From assembly GCA_000388065.2 (NCBI GenBank), contig KB932202.1: 64,000 nt of DNA, one strand, 5' to 3'. Below, piece by piece: positions 13,459 to 27,000 of this stretch. Under the pieces are notes generated by a model that worked only from the letters and a program-made list of their open reading frames with translations, searched no databases and was not told where the DNA came from. The stretch's first letter is position 1; each line of letters opens with the position of its first letter. This DNA is from Fonticula alba ATCC 38817 (taxonomy: Eukaryota; Protista; Nucleariida). The translations under genes and the position numbers were made by a program.

Positions 13459-15075
13459 GGACAGACGCAGGGAGGGAGAGAAAGAGAGCGAGGAAGGGGG
13501 AAAGGGCCGAAGGGGTGAATCTCAACAAATCGACCAGGCCCCCCCGGGGGGGAGGTGTTCGGCACTCCTTCTAAGCCGGCCTTGGCGCTGGCTCATGCGC
13601 ACCTCCTGGCGGACAGTCATCCGAGCGCAAGCCCACATCGTGCGCGGCACTTCCTGCACGGCTGAGCCCTCGTACATGATCCGTGCGGCAAAGGCTGCAC
13701 TCGGGCCTGCTGCGGCCGGGATCGAGGTGGCCATCGTGGATGTCCCGGCCGATGCAGCTGCCGTGACAATCTGCAGGCGCTTGCGGATCAAGTCAAATGG
13801 TGCACTCACCAGCTTAGAGGCCACACCGGCCGTGGCGCCGGACACTGCCGCCGGCAAACCAACCCCCTCAGCCAGAGACCAAACGCCGGCCGTGTTCAAA
13901 GTGTCACGCCAGCCCCCGGGCCCATGTGGAGATGTGGTCAGGAAGCGGCCAAGTGCATCAAGCACCTGCCGGACCGCCGAGTAGCAGCCGAAGGACACCC
14001 CGGCGGCCGGGGCGGTGCCGATCAGGGCCGAGCTCAGCCCCCGGTACAGAGCCCGTGGACCGCCCTCGGTGCGGGCGATGTCCGCGAGTGAGCCAATCAG
14101 CGCGGTTGGCTATTCCCAAGGCCGACAGGGGTCAGTAACGGAAGCCAGTAGAGCAGGCCGGCGGGGAGAGCGCGCGAGGGGAGAGGAGAGAAAGGACGAG
14201 GGAGATCCGAGATGCGAAGATCGACAGGGAGATCGAGGGACAGACAGAGGCCCAGGCCAGGAAAAGAAGGCCTCTTCCCAGCACGCACGGAATAGCTCGC
14301 CAGCGAGTAGCTTTGTACTTGGCCTGCTTGCAGGGCCCACCGGGTCCGAAGCAGATCCAGTGGGTAGGTCAGCGTTCCGGCGGTGGAGGCGGCCAAAAAG
14401 CCGGACACTGCCGAGATGACAGGCGACGTTTTGGACAGGGAGGATGAGGAGCTCCTTCCCTGTTGGAGATCCGTCGAGTTTGTGCCTCGTCCAGAGAGCG
14501 AGCCGAGCAGGGACGTGGTGAAGGTGTTGATCGGCTCGACCAGGGAGAATTGGAGCCCCGCATACGCCGCATACAGGTACAGGGCCGGGAGGTTACCCTT
14601 CCACAGGGCCTACAACACGCTTGGGGGTCAGTGTGGGAGGGCAGAAGCCAGATGAACGCCCAAAGGGGGGGGGGGAGAGAGAGAGAGGGGGGGGGGGGGA
14701 TGGGGAATCAACGTGTCTGTGGAGCGCACCAGGATACCCTCCTCTCGGGCAATCATCCGAAAACACTGGGCCATGGAGGTGTACTTCGGAGCGGTCCCGG
14801 CTTGATGAAGTTGGGTCTTGGTGAGGGGGGGGGGGGGGGGGTCGCGGTCGCCCGGGGCGAGGGCGGATGTCAGGGCTTGGATTGGGGTGAGGCACTTCCC
14901 AGGGGCAAGGGGGGTGCGGGGGGGGGGACACCCTTCGGGCGCGTACTTGAAGGCGAATTTTGACCACATCCAGCGGGGCCACGATGAAGCGCGCCACAAC
15001 GCCGGCGGTGGCGCCGGAAGCCACCGGCACCCAGGGCGCAACATCCCGGTGCACGGCCGCGCTCCCAGACGACAT
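13244..15075 (-). CDS. SLC25A19: Mitochondrial carrier (SLC25), most like the thiamine pyrophosphate carrier TPC1/SLC25A19
   Basis: Three carrier signatures ([31 protein letters not shown]) plus [26 protein letters not shown] and [21 protein letters not shown]. Four GT-AG introns join in frame. TAG at 13244-13246. Confidence 0.85.
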
Positions 15076-15330
15076 GAGGCAACGGCGGATCCGAAAGAGG
15101 GATGTGGAAGTAGAGAGGCGGAGGAGGATACAGAGGGACTTTCAGTGCCCTGTTGCCGAGAGGCGGTGATGGGATGCTGCTGGTGGCGGAAGAAGAGGAG
15201 GCAGGGGGGGGGGGGGGGAGATCGCTGCAGGGCTCCTGGACCATGCCGCCCGGTGTGCCGCCCGAAATAAGGAGGCCTCGGCTTGCCGCCTTCGGCGGGC
15301 TGAATTCATTGGATGGGCCAGCGGAAGACA

Positions 15331-15338
15331 CACGTGAC
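15331..15338. promoter_or_regulatory. E-box CACGTGAC (GTCACGTG on the minus strand) upstream of the TPP carrier
   Basis: Sequence match ~255 bp upstream of ATG 15075; function not demonstrated. Confidence 0.25.
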
Positions 15339-15786
15339 TCGCGCGTGAGATGATATTTTTGGACAACTCATGGTGTTCGTCTCCCCATGGCTTTTCAGTA
15401 TGCACCGAGATCGCTGTAGCCCACAACAAGGAGGGGGCGCATCTTCGGCCAGGCTGACCCCTCCTCCCTGCCCGACTGACAGAGTGGCAGGCCAAAGACA
15501 CATGCCCGGGCAAGGCTGCCAAGCCGCGCTCAGTTTGTCCTCGGGGTCCCGCGACCGTGGCTTCGGTGCTTCGGCCAGATGTGGACGGTCTCCGAGCCGC
15601 ACCGATCTCTCGGTAGCCGGTGTAGGGTGTCCCTCTCGGGGGCGGAATTTTTATTCATTTGCAAAAGCCACTCTCGGCGACGTGGCCGGAGGGAAGAGGG
15701 GCACTTCCCGGCCTGTGCGAAAATAGGTGAGACTCGGTCTTGATTGGATGCTCCCAGGGCGCTGAGAAGGCCTCGCCAAAAGACCA

Positions 15787-18700
15787 CTACGGGTGCATGC
15801 GCCCGCTCAGACGCAGATGCTCGGCCACCGAGGGGTCCTCTTCCGAGATCGAGCGCAACCATGTCCCCTGCTCCTTGATGGACCAATAGAGGGCTTGGCG
15901 ATGGGCATCCTCTGCGCCTGGCGCCGGTCGGACAGTCCACCCGGAGGAGGTCACCGGGAACCGCGGGTCGGCAATGCCGAGGGAAGCCACCTTTTGGAAG
16001 TACCTGCCGACATGATGCCATGTGTGTGTGTGTAGGGGGGGGGGGGAGATTCCGGTTAGAGTGGGTTGTGTTCGGCCCTCGCGAGGAGTATAAATGCATT
16101 ACCCAGCACGGGAATGAAGCTGCTGCTTGGCAAATGCCAGCCCCCCCCCCCCCCCATAACTGGCCCTCTCGGAAGAGCTCCCCCGGAAATGAGCGAGACC
16201 GGAGCGCACCTAGGCTCATTCTGCCCGGGCCGCCGGGGAGCGAGTTTGGCCCGGGACTCGGCCGCCTCGGCAGCCCTTCCCAACTCCCAGTGCCGGAGGT
16301 CCGGGCGAAGGCGAGCATCGGTCGGGGCCAAGTTGATCCGGGGCACACCCGGGGTCATATCCTCCCCGGGTGCCAGGTGTGACGCATCGAGCGACGCCAG
16401 GCTCGAGGCGAACACCGAGAATCCGAATTGCCGATCGCCGAGGCCAACGTCATCATTTACCCAGATCACCCGGTATGGCAGGGGAGGGCCGGCCCCCGTT
16501 TCCGGCCTCATTGCCAGGAATCGGTCATGCCTCCCGACCAGAGTGGCCACACGGCGACCAGACTCGGCTATGATTCCAGCCCGCCGGCCGGGGGAAACCG
16601 GAGCAGGGGGGATTCCTCGCGTTAGCAACCGACTCGCCCTGAGGGAAAGGACTCATGCATCAGGGCCAGCTCCCCGGCTGAGCCCTTCCCATGGATTGCC
16701 TGCTTCCATGCGGGACCCCCCTCGTACCGTGAATTAACTCGCCCGAGACGCGGGCGAAATTCCGCCGCAGGCGGGGATCTCCATTGGGTAGGGGCCCTCC
16801 GGCGGCGGCCAGATGCTCCCGGTCCAGCAACCCCCCGGAGTCGGTGCTCAATTCGTGGGCCATGACCACTCGGAGCCCGGTCTCGACGCAGTCCAGCTGT
16901 ATGGTCCCCACCTGCCGAGTGCATGGTCGGTAGGTCGTCGTTTGTTCCGGACCCAGTGAGGAAGCATTGTTATTACCTTTTCGAAAGCGCGACACGCCGA
17001 AGGTGCCGGCCCTCCAGGGGGGGGGGGGGGGGGCGGGGGCGGGCCGGGCTTGCGGCGATGTGGCCCAGTGGCCACATGTGCGGGCGATCTTGCCGCGTGC
17101 ATGTGTGCATGACCGCTGGCGAGATCGCCCAAAGCCCATGCATCAAGACGTACATGCTCCACCCAGGTGCCCACCTCGGCCAGTAGCCCGCGCACCCGGG
17201 TTCCCGGCTTGTTCCAGGTGTAGTTTTCCGTCCCCGGCCCGGCGCCCGGGGATGGGTCTCGCGGGTCGCCGAAGTCCAAACGAAGGCAGCCAGAACCGCT
17301 GATGGGAACCTCCAGCTCGCCGAGGGAGCGGATGCTCAATCGGGGCACGGAGAAAGTGGCCTCCTGGATGGTACACCAGCGCCCGGGTCGCCCGGATACA
17401 TGTGACCGCAACGGCGTGGTGGACTCGGCGAAGATGATGGTTTGCTGGTCGGTCAGCTGCTCGGACAGCCCGCGGAAGCCGACGCCGGACCGGTGACGAT
17501 TCAGCTCGAGCGTTTCCCCGATCAGCGTGCCCAATGGGGCAGACCGCCGGCCCGGTGCAGTCGGGGGGCCGAACGGCGCGCAGCCGGCCAACGCCGCGAC
17601 CAAGCACATGCGCCCTAGCTTCGGACAGGCCTCGGCCCACCACTGGGCCTCCATGTCCGAGGAGAAGGTCGGCCGCTTGAAGGGGGCCACTTCCGGGGGG
17701 TGCCCCGGGCCCGATGTCCAGTGTCCACCGGCCAGCGCATGCTTGAGGGCCTCCGGGAACCAGCTCAAAGAGAGTAGATCCTCAAGCGAGTCGAATGCGG
17801 GGATTCTTTTCGCCCGCGTCAGAAGCAGGGCCGCTCGTCAGCCGGGCGAAAGGCAGCCTCACGGCGCGGGGAAGCAAAAAGTGCCGGCCTCGGTGACCGG
17901 CAACATGCAGGTCGCGTACCCCATTGCCTCGCCGGGGCCCAGCAGCTCCAGGGCACAGTCCGCTGTCTCGGCACACCGGATGGCCCGAGCCAATAGCGGT
18001 CCCGAGTGAATGAGTTCCTCCGCAAAGCGAACAGTCGGAGTCGAGGGCTCGTGCCAGTCCAGCGGCAGGAGGAAACGGGCCAGGTCTCGAGCAGGCTGCT
18101 TGAGCAGCGAATAAATCGATGGGAGCTTTCCACTGGGGCGTCCTTCGTTTTAGACGTGTGGCCAGGATGTGCGAGGCCCTCTCGATCGGGAACGATCTCT
18201 TCGCAGCATGCGCGCCCGCCCGCCCGCCCGCCCGACCACGCGCAGCAAAAAAAAAAAACAACATACGCACCTCGAATCGCAGGGCAGCGAGGTACGAACT
18301 GTGTCCGCGGTTGCCTCGATATCGTCCAAGAGGAGGGTCTGGGAAGATAGCTTCCCCGTGAGGGTGGACTCCGGCGCCCCCGGGCTACGGGTGTCCCCGC
18401 AAGCAGCTGCCCCCTCGCCTGCATCCGGCGAACACACCCGGGACATGGAAAGGGGAGTGTAGAAAAGATCCTCTTCATCGTCCTCATCATTAGCACGGCA
18501 GGTGGCCAACCGGCCCTCCAGGCTGTCGGAGGTGGAGCTCTGGGACATCTCCATCTGCTTGTCAGCGGGTGATGGTTCGGGCAGGTCGCCCAGGTTTCCA
18601 GCGTCAGGCATCGGGGACACTTCACCCAGGTCGCAGGGGACGGGCATGCCGGATGTGGGAGAGTCGCCACCGAAGAATTGCTCCATGCCGTGTCGCCGAT

Positions 18701-20027
18701 AGAACTCGTCGTCTGAAGGGCCGGCACATTGCAATGCGCCGAGGGCATCCATGGGTTAGTCACCGGCCGAGGAGCTTGCCGCGCGCGCGCGCGCGTGGAA
18801 GAATGCCAAGCGCACCGGATGACGTCTGCCCCATGGACGAGCAGATGCACCAAAGCAACACCGGTCAGAATGGATGGACCACGCCCGGCAGGCCCTCGGA
18901 CGCTCTTCGGCCCCTGGCCAATGCCCACAGCCCAGCCCCAAGTCAGCGCACTGTCAAAATGGACCCGGGCCGGATGGAGGGCGCATACTCGCGAACGAGA
19001 TTACCGCCAGCCAGGAAGATTTGCCTCGTCACCATCTCCGACCACCAGTCAAAGGGAAAGAGGCCGCCGGTGTTCCCTCGGGCGCGGACTTCGCCCGGAG
19101 TCTCCGCGTCCAATGGCGACAACAGGTCGAGCAGGGCTCCCGCCAGGGGATCGTCATCGGCCGCGCCGGACATCGCCAACGAACTCACCTGGCGATGGGT
19201 CACTTGCAGACGCGAGGACCGCAGCAACACCGCCCCCGGGCTCAATTCCCGCAGCTCCACCTGGCGGCCCTCCTTCGACAGGCGCAGGCGGCGCTTAGCC
19301 GGGGCAATGTCGATGTCCACCTTTTCCAGATGGAAGGCCACCAGCAGCCGCCCCTCCAGCGAGGGGACGATCACCTGGGCACCGGGGCCGGCGCCCACAA
19401 AGCGCACCCCGGACCAAGGCGCCTCGCGCACAATCAGCCATGCACCTTCGAGGATCAGTGTGACAATCTGGCAGTGAGGTCAGCGCGCGAGGCGACACCG
19501 GGAAAGGGGCATCGGCCCAGGCCGCACCATCCATGGCCGAGGCTTGAAGACTTTCTTGCTCCCGGAGCGCAACTCGGCCAGGCCGAGCACCTGGCCCGTG
19601 GCCGCGAGCACGCCTTCTTCAAGGGGCCTCATACTCGAGTTGCTGACAGCGATGGTGCGTCCCGCGTGGGAGGTGAAACTACCGGGATTCGGGGCGAAAA
19701 AAAAGAGGAAGGGAAATCAGACGTAGGCGGAGGAGAGGGGAGGAGACACTAGCTCGGGCTCTTTCCTTTCTTTCGAGGGACTGTTTTCAAGCTCGGCCTC
19801 CTGTTTCACATCGCGATCAGCTGTTGGCCCGGCACAACGCCCCACCCCCAACGCCAAGAGACGCCCAGCATCCGGCCTCGGGCCAACATCGGCTGCCCCC
19901 AAACCGCGAACAAGTCTTGTCACCTGCCCTCCGAAGGTCTCCAAACACCGCTGCCGACCGAGGCATCGCCAAGCCCATGCGTTCGGCCCAAGAAAATACC
20001 CGAGACATAGCGGCGTCGAGCAGGCAT
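15787..20027 (-). CDS. Long oxysterol-binding-protein-related protein (PH domain + FFAT-like motif + divergent ORD)
   Basis: Spliced ORD: RTSLP..SIYSLLKQPARDLARFLLPLDWHEPSTPTVRFAEEL, RMCLVAA, LIGETLEL, ENYTWNKPGTRVRGLL..WVEHVGTI, GFSVFASSL, LAPTDARLRPD, PRYFQK. PH-like N-terminal region (WMIVTLILEGAWLIVRE..VAFHLEKVDI..QVELRE). ATG 20027 chosen because downstream splice phases are consistent. Confidence 0.85.
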
Positions 20028-21426
20028 GTGTGAGAGAGAGAGAGAGAGGCATCCAGGGCGCGAGAACAATCTGCCCCTCGTGACGAGCCGTGCGAGGGGC
20101 CGAGGCGTGGCGCCCGGCCCTTCTCGTCGCACTCCGCCCCCCGCGGCGCTCAGGAGGGAGGAGGCTGTTAGCCGCTCCCCCGGGTCGACTCCCATGGGGA
20201 ATGGAAATTCGAGCACACGGAGGAGACCCAATGGCCTTCCGAGACGCCCAGGCTCCGGCTGGCCCCGGAGGCACTGCCCCCCCCCCCCCCCCCCCCCAAA
20301 GGGAACGAGGTGCCACTGGGATCCGAGGAGCGGGGCGTGAAAACAAGATCGCGGGTTGCCGTTGGGATTTGTTCTCCCCCCTCCCCACTCGCCCCGGAAG
20401 CTCCCTCGCGCACCCGCGGGATCTGCTCTCCTCCAGATAAGTGGCCCTGGGGGAGGTGTGATGGAGGCAAAAGCAGAAGGGAACCACAACTCACGGACGC
20501 GTGACCGTCAGGCAGGGGGCAGAGCCTCGGGGCACGCGCATTGGCGAGGCCCATCTGTATTAACCTCAGAGCTGGAGAACAACGGAACAGGCGGCACGCC
20601 TGGGACCCCGCCCAAAGATCGCGGACCCCTCCGGCCGTCCAATTGGGAGCCCCCTCTTGAGCAAGGTAGACTCCCGGACAAGGGGTCCCTTCTGGCGTTT
20701 GGTACTCGGGCGTTGTCTGGCATTGTGGGTTTGAAACAGCCGCCTAGCCCGTGGGGCCCGGTGTCGCCCCCTCGCCCCACACCGGCTGCCATGGTTCTAG
20801 AGCCCGGGGGGGGGGGCTGGGCTTGTGGGTCAAAAACCGCCGGGGCCGGTCCGCGGAGAGGTCTTTAACTGACATTTTGCGTGATCAACACCGCGGTCAG
20901 GGGACACAGGTCATCAGACCGGTTGGCGTGCGGCCGACGGCCCCGGTGGTCCGACGCGCGGTCTCCTCGGCGATGGCCACACACCGCGATCCGACGGTTG
21001 CCGTCAGCCGGAGTGTCCCCCTCTCCCAGTGTCTCCCTCCATGTGGCGGGGGGCCTCCCACTTTGCCTCCTCTAGTTTTGATGTTTTTTCTCCCCCCTGT
21101 TCTCCTTTGTCCTTTCTTTGGTTCCCTTGGGCCCCCCCCCCCTTCTCGGGCGCCCCCCCCCCCCCCCCCCCCACTGAAGGGCACCCGAGACAGCCAACCA
21201 GGAGGCTGCCGAGATGTGTCTCCATCCTTCCCCTGGTCTCCTGCCTCCCCCTTACACAAACACAACACACGCGCGCACACCTTCCGCACCGACTCCCGTA
21301 CCTCCCTCCCCCTCCCCCTCCCCCTCCCCCCACCCACCCACCCACCCACCCTTTTCTTCCTCCCTCCTGTGTTCCTGACGTTGACCTTCTTCCTTTTGCC
21401 CTTCCCCCGCCTTCCTGCAAGCCAGC

Positions 21427-22501
21427 ATGTCCGTCCTCCCTTGCCTCCTTCCCAAGGCCCTCCCCCATCAGGTGGAGGTCCTCTACTGTGGCCGTACGTT
21501 GGCCATGATTAGGCGGAGAGATGACTTTCTTGCCCTGCCCCCCTCCTCCAATTCCCCTGATCTCCGCCTGACGCCCACTCCTCTCCCATGGAACTTTGGC
21601 GATCTCCCTCGGCCATAGTGTGCAGCTATCCTCGCGAGTATTGCGAGATCTTCCCCGCGGCCAAGAAGTGCGCCGTCTGGTGGCAGAAGGCCCACCCGGA
21701 GCTCTTTGCCGAGGCCGAGACCGTGGAGTCGGCTCCGGCGGACAGCGCCGCTCCCTCGGGCGACGCCCCTGCCGACGGTGCCTCCGCTCCGCCGGCCACC
21801 ATCAACCCCACCAAGCTGGCAGCTGCTGCCCGCAAGGCTGACGCCGCCAAGAAGGCCGTACGTTCCGGCATTTCCCCCGTCCGCCCGGACATTGCTCCGC
21901 CGGGCTTTGGGCCCGAAAGCAGAGCCTCCCCCTTCTCACCCTCAAGAAATGTGTCTCCCCACGCAGAACATGGTCATCATCAGCAATGCCTCGCGCCGTG
22001 GGCGTAAGGCCGTCACTTCGGTCCGTGGTCTGGACAAGCACGGTGCGACAAGTGTCCTCTTCCTCGGGCCCTCTCATCCTCCTCTTCTTCCCCTGCTGCC
22101 TCCTCCCTTCCCTCTTCTCCTTCCTTCCAGTCCCCACTCACTCCAACGCCCATTTGCTCTGATGCCGGGGCCTGGAAATGCCGCCCACATCAATCCGACG
22201 CAGGAATCGACCTCAAGAAGACTGCCAAGTCCTTCTCGGGGAAGTTCGCCTCCTCCAGCAGCGTGAGCAAGAACAACACCGGCCAGAACGAGGTCATCGT
22301 TCAGGGCGACATCTGCCGTGAGGTGCTCCAGTACCTGAAGGAACTCTATCCCGAGGTGCGTGTGGTCACTGGCCTGCGCGTGTGGGCCCCAGCATACGCG
22401 CAGGTAGACACACATCCGCCACACATGCACCCTCGCACACTACTGACACCACTCTGCCCTCTTCCCCTCTCCNNNNNNNNNNCGTCTACCTCATTGAGTA
22501 G
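21427..22501 (+). CDS. DENR: Density-regulated protein DENR/Tma22 (translation re-initiation/ribosome recycling factor, SUI1 domain)
   Basis: Zn-binding N-terminus VLYCGLCSYPREYCE..KKC; SUI1 domain RKAVTSVRGLDKHGIDLKKTAKSFSGKFASSSSV..EVIVQGD..YPE. The last exon is partly hidden by the N gap 22473-22482; stop inferred at 22499-22501. Confidence 0.9.
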
Positions 22502-22749
22502 AGTCACTGTGAACAGTCCCACACATCCGCCAGCGGATGCTCCCTTATACCACGTCCCCACGCCTCGACCCTGTGTCTGGGCCTCGCGTTGCCATCCCTC
22601 CCTCTCCACTGCCAGGAGGTGGCACAATACACACCCCACACACGTACACCAAATACACCCTTCTCTGTCTAGATCCTTAACGCCTCGATTTCTCCCCGTG
22701 CGCATGCGTATCTCCATGTGTGCGCACGCGTGTGGGTCTGTGCGCGTGC

Positions 22750-22780
<31 letters not shown>

Positions 22781-23251
22781 AGAGAGAGGATGACGAAGAG
22801 AAAGAAATACCCCTCCGGGGCGGCATGCAACATGAAGGCCGATGGGGCATGCATTTGCGGGTGTCGTCGCTGCCCCTCCCCGGTCCACCCCCGGCAGCGG
22901 GGGAGGGGGCCCTTCCAGGGCGAGATGGTTATTGACCCCATGTGCCAATGAATCAGTCAACATTCCACTCCTCCGTCGACAGTGGAATCCCGCGCGCCTC
23001 GGCCTGCGGGGGGGGGGTGCGGCGCAGGCGCGAGTCCTCCGTCCGGCGCCAGCAGCATGCACAACTGCATTCGCAGCCAGTGGGGCCCCGGGCAGGATGT
23101 TGGGCTCTGGGCGCTTTGGGGATCCGTCCACATCCCTCGCCCGGCAGCCAAGGCGACGGCCCCTGAGGATGGTCGGTCAAGCTGATACCGTTTTCCTTTC
23201 ACCAAGACTGGCAGGGGCTGCGGGACGACGGGGAGCTGCTTTTACCCCCCC

Positions 23252-23282
<31 letters not shown>

Positions 23283-23578
23283 ACATACACTCAATTGCCC
23301 CTTCTTTTTCTTTTTCTTTTTGGTCTTCCGTGCTTCCCCAGGCATGAGGGGCAAGTCGTTGCCGCGCTTGGCAGGATCCCGTCCGGAAAATCGGCTTTTC
23401 AGCCGCCCCCCTCTCGACTCCGCACAACCACCCAAACGTCAACATAGCACCACCACCCCCCCCCCTCCGCCTTATCCAATCCTTTCCTTCCCCTTCCCTC
23501 GAACCCTCCTCCCCCTTTCCACTCCCTTCCGCCACCACCCCACCCCCCTGCCTCCAAGTTCTGCGCTGGAAGCCAACC

Positions 23579-24048
23579 ATGTCCGGCTCCCACCAGCCCA
23601 TCATGGGGAGCTCCTCACGACTGAGTGTCTCTGACACGATGACCCAGCTGAAGGAGCTGATTGTGGCCGGTCGCAGCAAGGCCAAGGTATTTCTTCCGCA
23701 ATGCCCTGCTGGCCTCCGTCCCCCTTCCGCCCTCGCCATCACCCGCTGACCCCCCCTCCCCCCTCCCTCCCCCCTTTTCCTGATGCCCTCGAAACAGGAG
23801 AAGCAGCCCTCCTTCGATCCGTTTGTGTATCACGACGACCTGCCCACCCTGGACGATCGCGTAAATGTCCTCTTCGCCTATGCTGATCGCCCGCGCATCA
23901 TGAAGATCGTGGAGCTGTCCAACGCCGGCTTTGGCGAGTGTACGCTCCCCCTCCACCCTGAGTCCCTGCTGCCTCTAGTATCGAGGTCACCTCGGCGGGC
24001 ACACATCTGCCTGCCTCTACTCGCCCCTTTAACTCCCCCCTCCCCCCT

Positions 24049-24084
<36 letters not shown>

Positions 24085-27000
24085 CACCACCACCAGCCTG
24101 GGGCACCCTCTCGGATCGAGACAAGGTGAAGACCATCAAGACGCATTTGACACGGCTGGCCCTGTCGTCGTCGGACTTCGGCGAGTCGCAGTCGGTGCGC
24201 AAGCTGTCCGACTCGCTGCTCGAGCCGACGGTCATCAACTCCACGTACTTCTTCCTCGCCGCGGCTGCCGGCCTGCTTCCCTCGCCAACCAGTGTCGAGG
24301 CACACCGGCAGGCGATCCGCAGCAACTGCCATCTGATCACCATCTCCACCGTGTCCGTCAGTAATCCCGACGGGCAGATGCTGCCGGCGCGTGGGTTTGT
24401 CGTGCTGGCCTCGCGCCTGGAGAGCCACCTGCGAGTACTGTGCGCATTGCATCATATTTTTTTCCCCCACTCCCCTGCACCTTGCGCTTTCTCCGCCCTC
24501 CTCTTCTCCCTCGCGGAAGAGCCATCGCCGCCCTTCGCCCACTCCTCGCTGACACTCTCGACGGCATGTAGCAACCGCTTCGCGACCGCGGCTCCCGGCC
24601 CCCCGGAGGCGGACATCCCGGAGGCAGACCTCGATCGGCATTGGGAGCAGGTGGCCGATTTGTGCACCATCTTGAGTGCCCTCCTCGCCGGTGCCGACCG
24701 CTCGTGCATGGAGGACGTCTTTTCGCCCGGCTCGCGCGCGGCCTCCGACCAGCCGGAGGTTTGGGCCACAGACCCGGGCCTGGCACGCGAAGCGCGTGCT
24801 CCCCTGCCTGGCCGGACGCGCTCTCTTTTCATCATCCTGGCCGAGGCGTTGATTGTACAGTCGTCCGTGCGCAGCCGCGCGCCGGGGAGCGGCTCCTCGC
24901 CACAGTCCGCCTCTCGTCGGTACCCGGACTCCATGCCTCTGCGGCGAGTATGTGTCAGAAAGAAGAGGGTCGCCTTTCTATCTCCCTCTCGAATACCCCC
25001 TCTGACGTCTGTCCCGCCTCCCCCTCCCAGGTTCTCTTCCTCCTTCGTGCCCTGCTGCATGCCTCCTTTGGCCAGCATGCCGGTGAGTGGAGCCATCTGA
25101 TGGACCATGCGCGAATGCGTGCCGGCTTGGCCCCGCGGCGCCGGGTGGAGGCTCCTCCTGGGACTTCAACGACGATGTGCGAGTGCCTGGCACTGCCGGC
25201 CAGCGCGGCACTGGATCATGCCAGTCCCGTTGTTCGACCGGCTTTGGGCGTGTATACGAAGAACTCCCGTCGAGAGCGTGTGCGCTTTGCCCAGGTGACC
25301 GCGGCGCGCTTCTACGGCGTTGAGCCACCACCCGGACCCAATGATCAGGGCACCCCGGTGGCAGATCAGCTGCTGGAGCAGCACTGCCTATGTGTGGCCC
25401 TCGGTCGGCGTGGGTGCACTCACTGCCCGGAGCGCTGCGGGGGCGGCGTCTTTCGGGACCCTCTGTATGCCACGCTGCCGCGCTCGGTGCAGGTGAGCCT
25501 GGCCACCCTGGCCCGGAACCAGTATACCTCGCTGCATTCCTTGACCATCGAGAACTTCCTGCGCAATTTGCGCAACGCCAGCAGCGAGAATGCCCCTCTT
25601 CCCGAGCCCTCGGACCAATACTCCGGACATCTGCCCTTCGCGGCGCCTTGGTGGGAGGGCCTTGTTCCGCCGCGGCCGACAGGTGCTGCGGCCGGTCCGT
25701 CCGGGCGCTCACTCATGGCCGAGCGCCTGGACGCCCTGCATACCTTCTTCGTGCGTTTCACCATCTGCTGGTCCCCGGCCTTTCCTTGCAAATACCCATG
25801 CATGCATCCGCAAGTGGGCCACATATGTGCCCCACTTCCCCCGCCCACTCCCTCTCCACCACCACCGCCACCACGCCCACCACTTACATCAGCCTCCCGG
25901 CTCCGATGCGCTCCCATGTACATAGTCCCAGCTCATTCCCTTTGCCCCGGGTCTCATCGTGCTGCTGGAAACCCTGCTCCTGGCCTCGCTTCCCAGTACC
26001 ACGAGCTATGTCAATGATTCCAACATCATGGGCGAGCTGCGCTATGCTCGGCGGCATAGCATCTTCACTGGGGAGCGTGGCGATGCCGGCACCGGGGGCG
26101 GGTCCTCCGGCGGATCTGGTTTTGGTGGATCTGGATCCAGCTCCAACAGTGGCTCTTTCCAGGGGTCGCTGCCTGACATGGTGGATGAGCTGCGCCAGCG
26201 CGAGCTTGTGGCCTATGCGACGACCGGCTTGCTGCTGACCCTGCTCAAGCTGGCCAAGATTTCCCGTATGCAAACACATCCTTCCTGCTTGGAAACCCCG
26301 AAGCACATACCTATTCTCCGTTCCACTGACACCCTTTCTCCTCCTCCTTCTCTCCCCCTTGACCATGAAGATGGTCTGCTCTTTGAGTACTTCACCCACA
26401 TGCTGGTCAAGAACAATGGCATTCTCCTGGTGATTAAGTTCCTTCGCCAAAACATGGGCACCTACATCACCTCTAAGGGGGACATCCCGGAGCTCAAGTG
26501 CGTTCTGCCTCTTCCCTCTTGCATCCTCCGCATATTGCCTCTCTGCTTCTTTGTTGCGTCCGTCCTCTCACACGCACACGTCGCACAATGAAGCTTCTTG
26601 AACATTTCCACAAATTGGGAAGGCACATACTCCAAATCCTGCTGGGCCGAAGATGGGTCTGGCTCTGGGTCGGTTGTGCCGAGCTCCTCCTCCCCTCTGA
26701 CGGTGGGCGGCGCCAGTCGCGGCAACAGCATCAACCTGACCGGGATTCCGGCCAACCTGGCCTCCGGGGTAGCCAATCGCAGCCGGGGCAATAGTCTCAG
26801 CCTGACCGGTGGTCTGCCACTGAATCTGATGTCGGCGGCGGCGGCGGCTGCCGCTGCGCCGGCCCCGGCCGCGGCCTCTGCAATGCGCAACCAATATGTC
26901 AGCTTCCGCAATGCCTCGACGGTGCTGGTGCTGCTGCGCCTCCTGCAAAAGATGACCAAGAACCAGCCGGCGCGCATTGCCCTCCTGTACCAAACCAAGG

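Noticed and set aside
15075-15787. Possible TPP riboswitch upstream of or within the TPP-carrier gene
   Set aside because: Only a GGGCGCTGAGAA fragment (~15756-15768) on the wrong strand; the ATACC/CCTGAT/TAAT core is absent on both strands and in the introns.
18779-18796. (CG)n runs with Z-DNA potential (also ~60966-60985)
   Set aside because: Short, and expected in CpG-rich, microsatellite-rich sequence; no supporting context.
21494-21618. C/D-box snoRNA candidate in the DENR intron (ATGATTA..CTGA, partial complementarity to 18S ATTGGAGGGCAAG)
   Set aside because: The complementarity is split by an insertion and is not positioned correctly against the D box; the CTGA doubles as the branch site.
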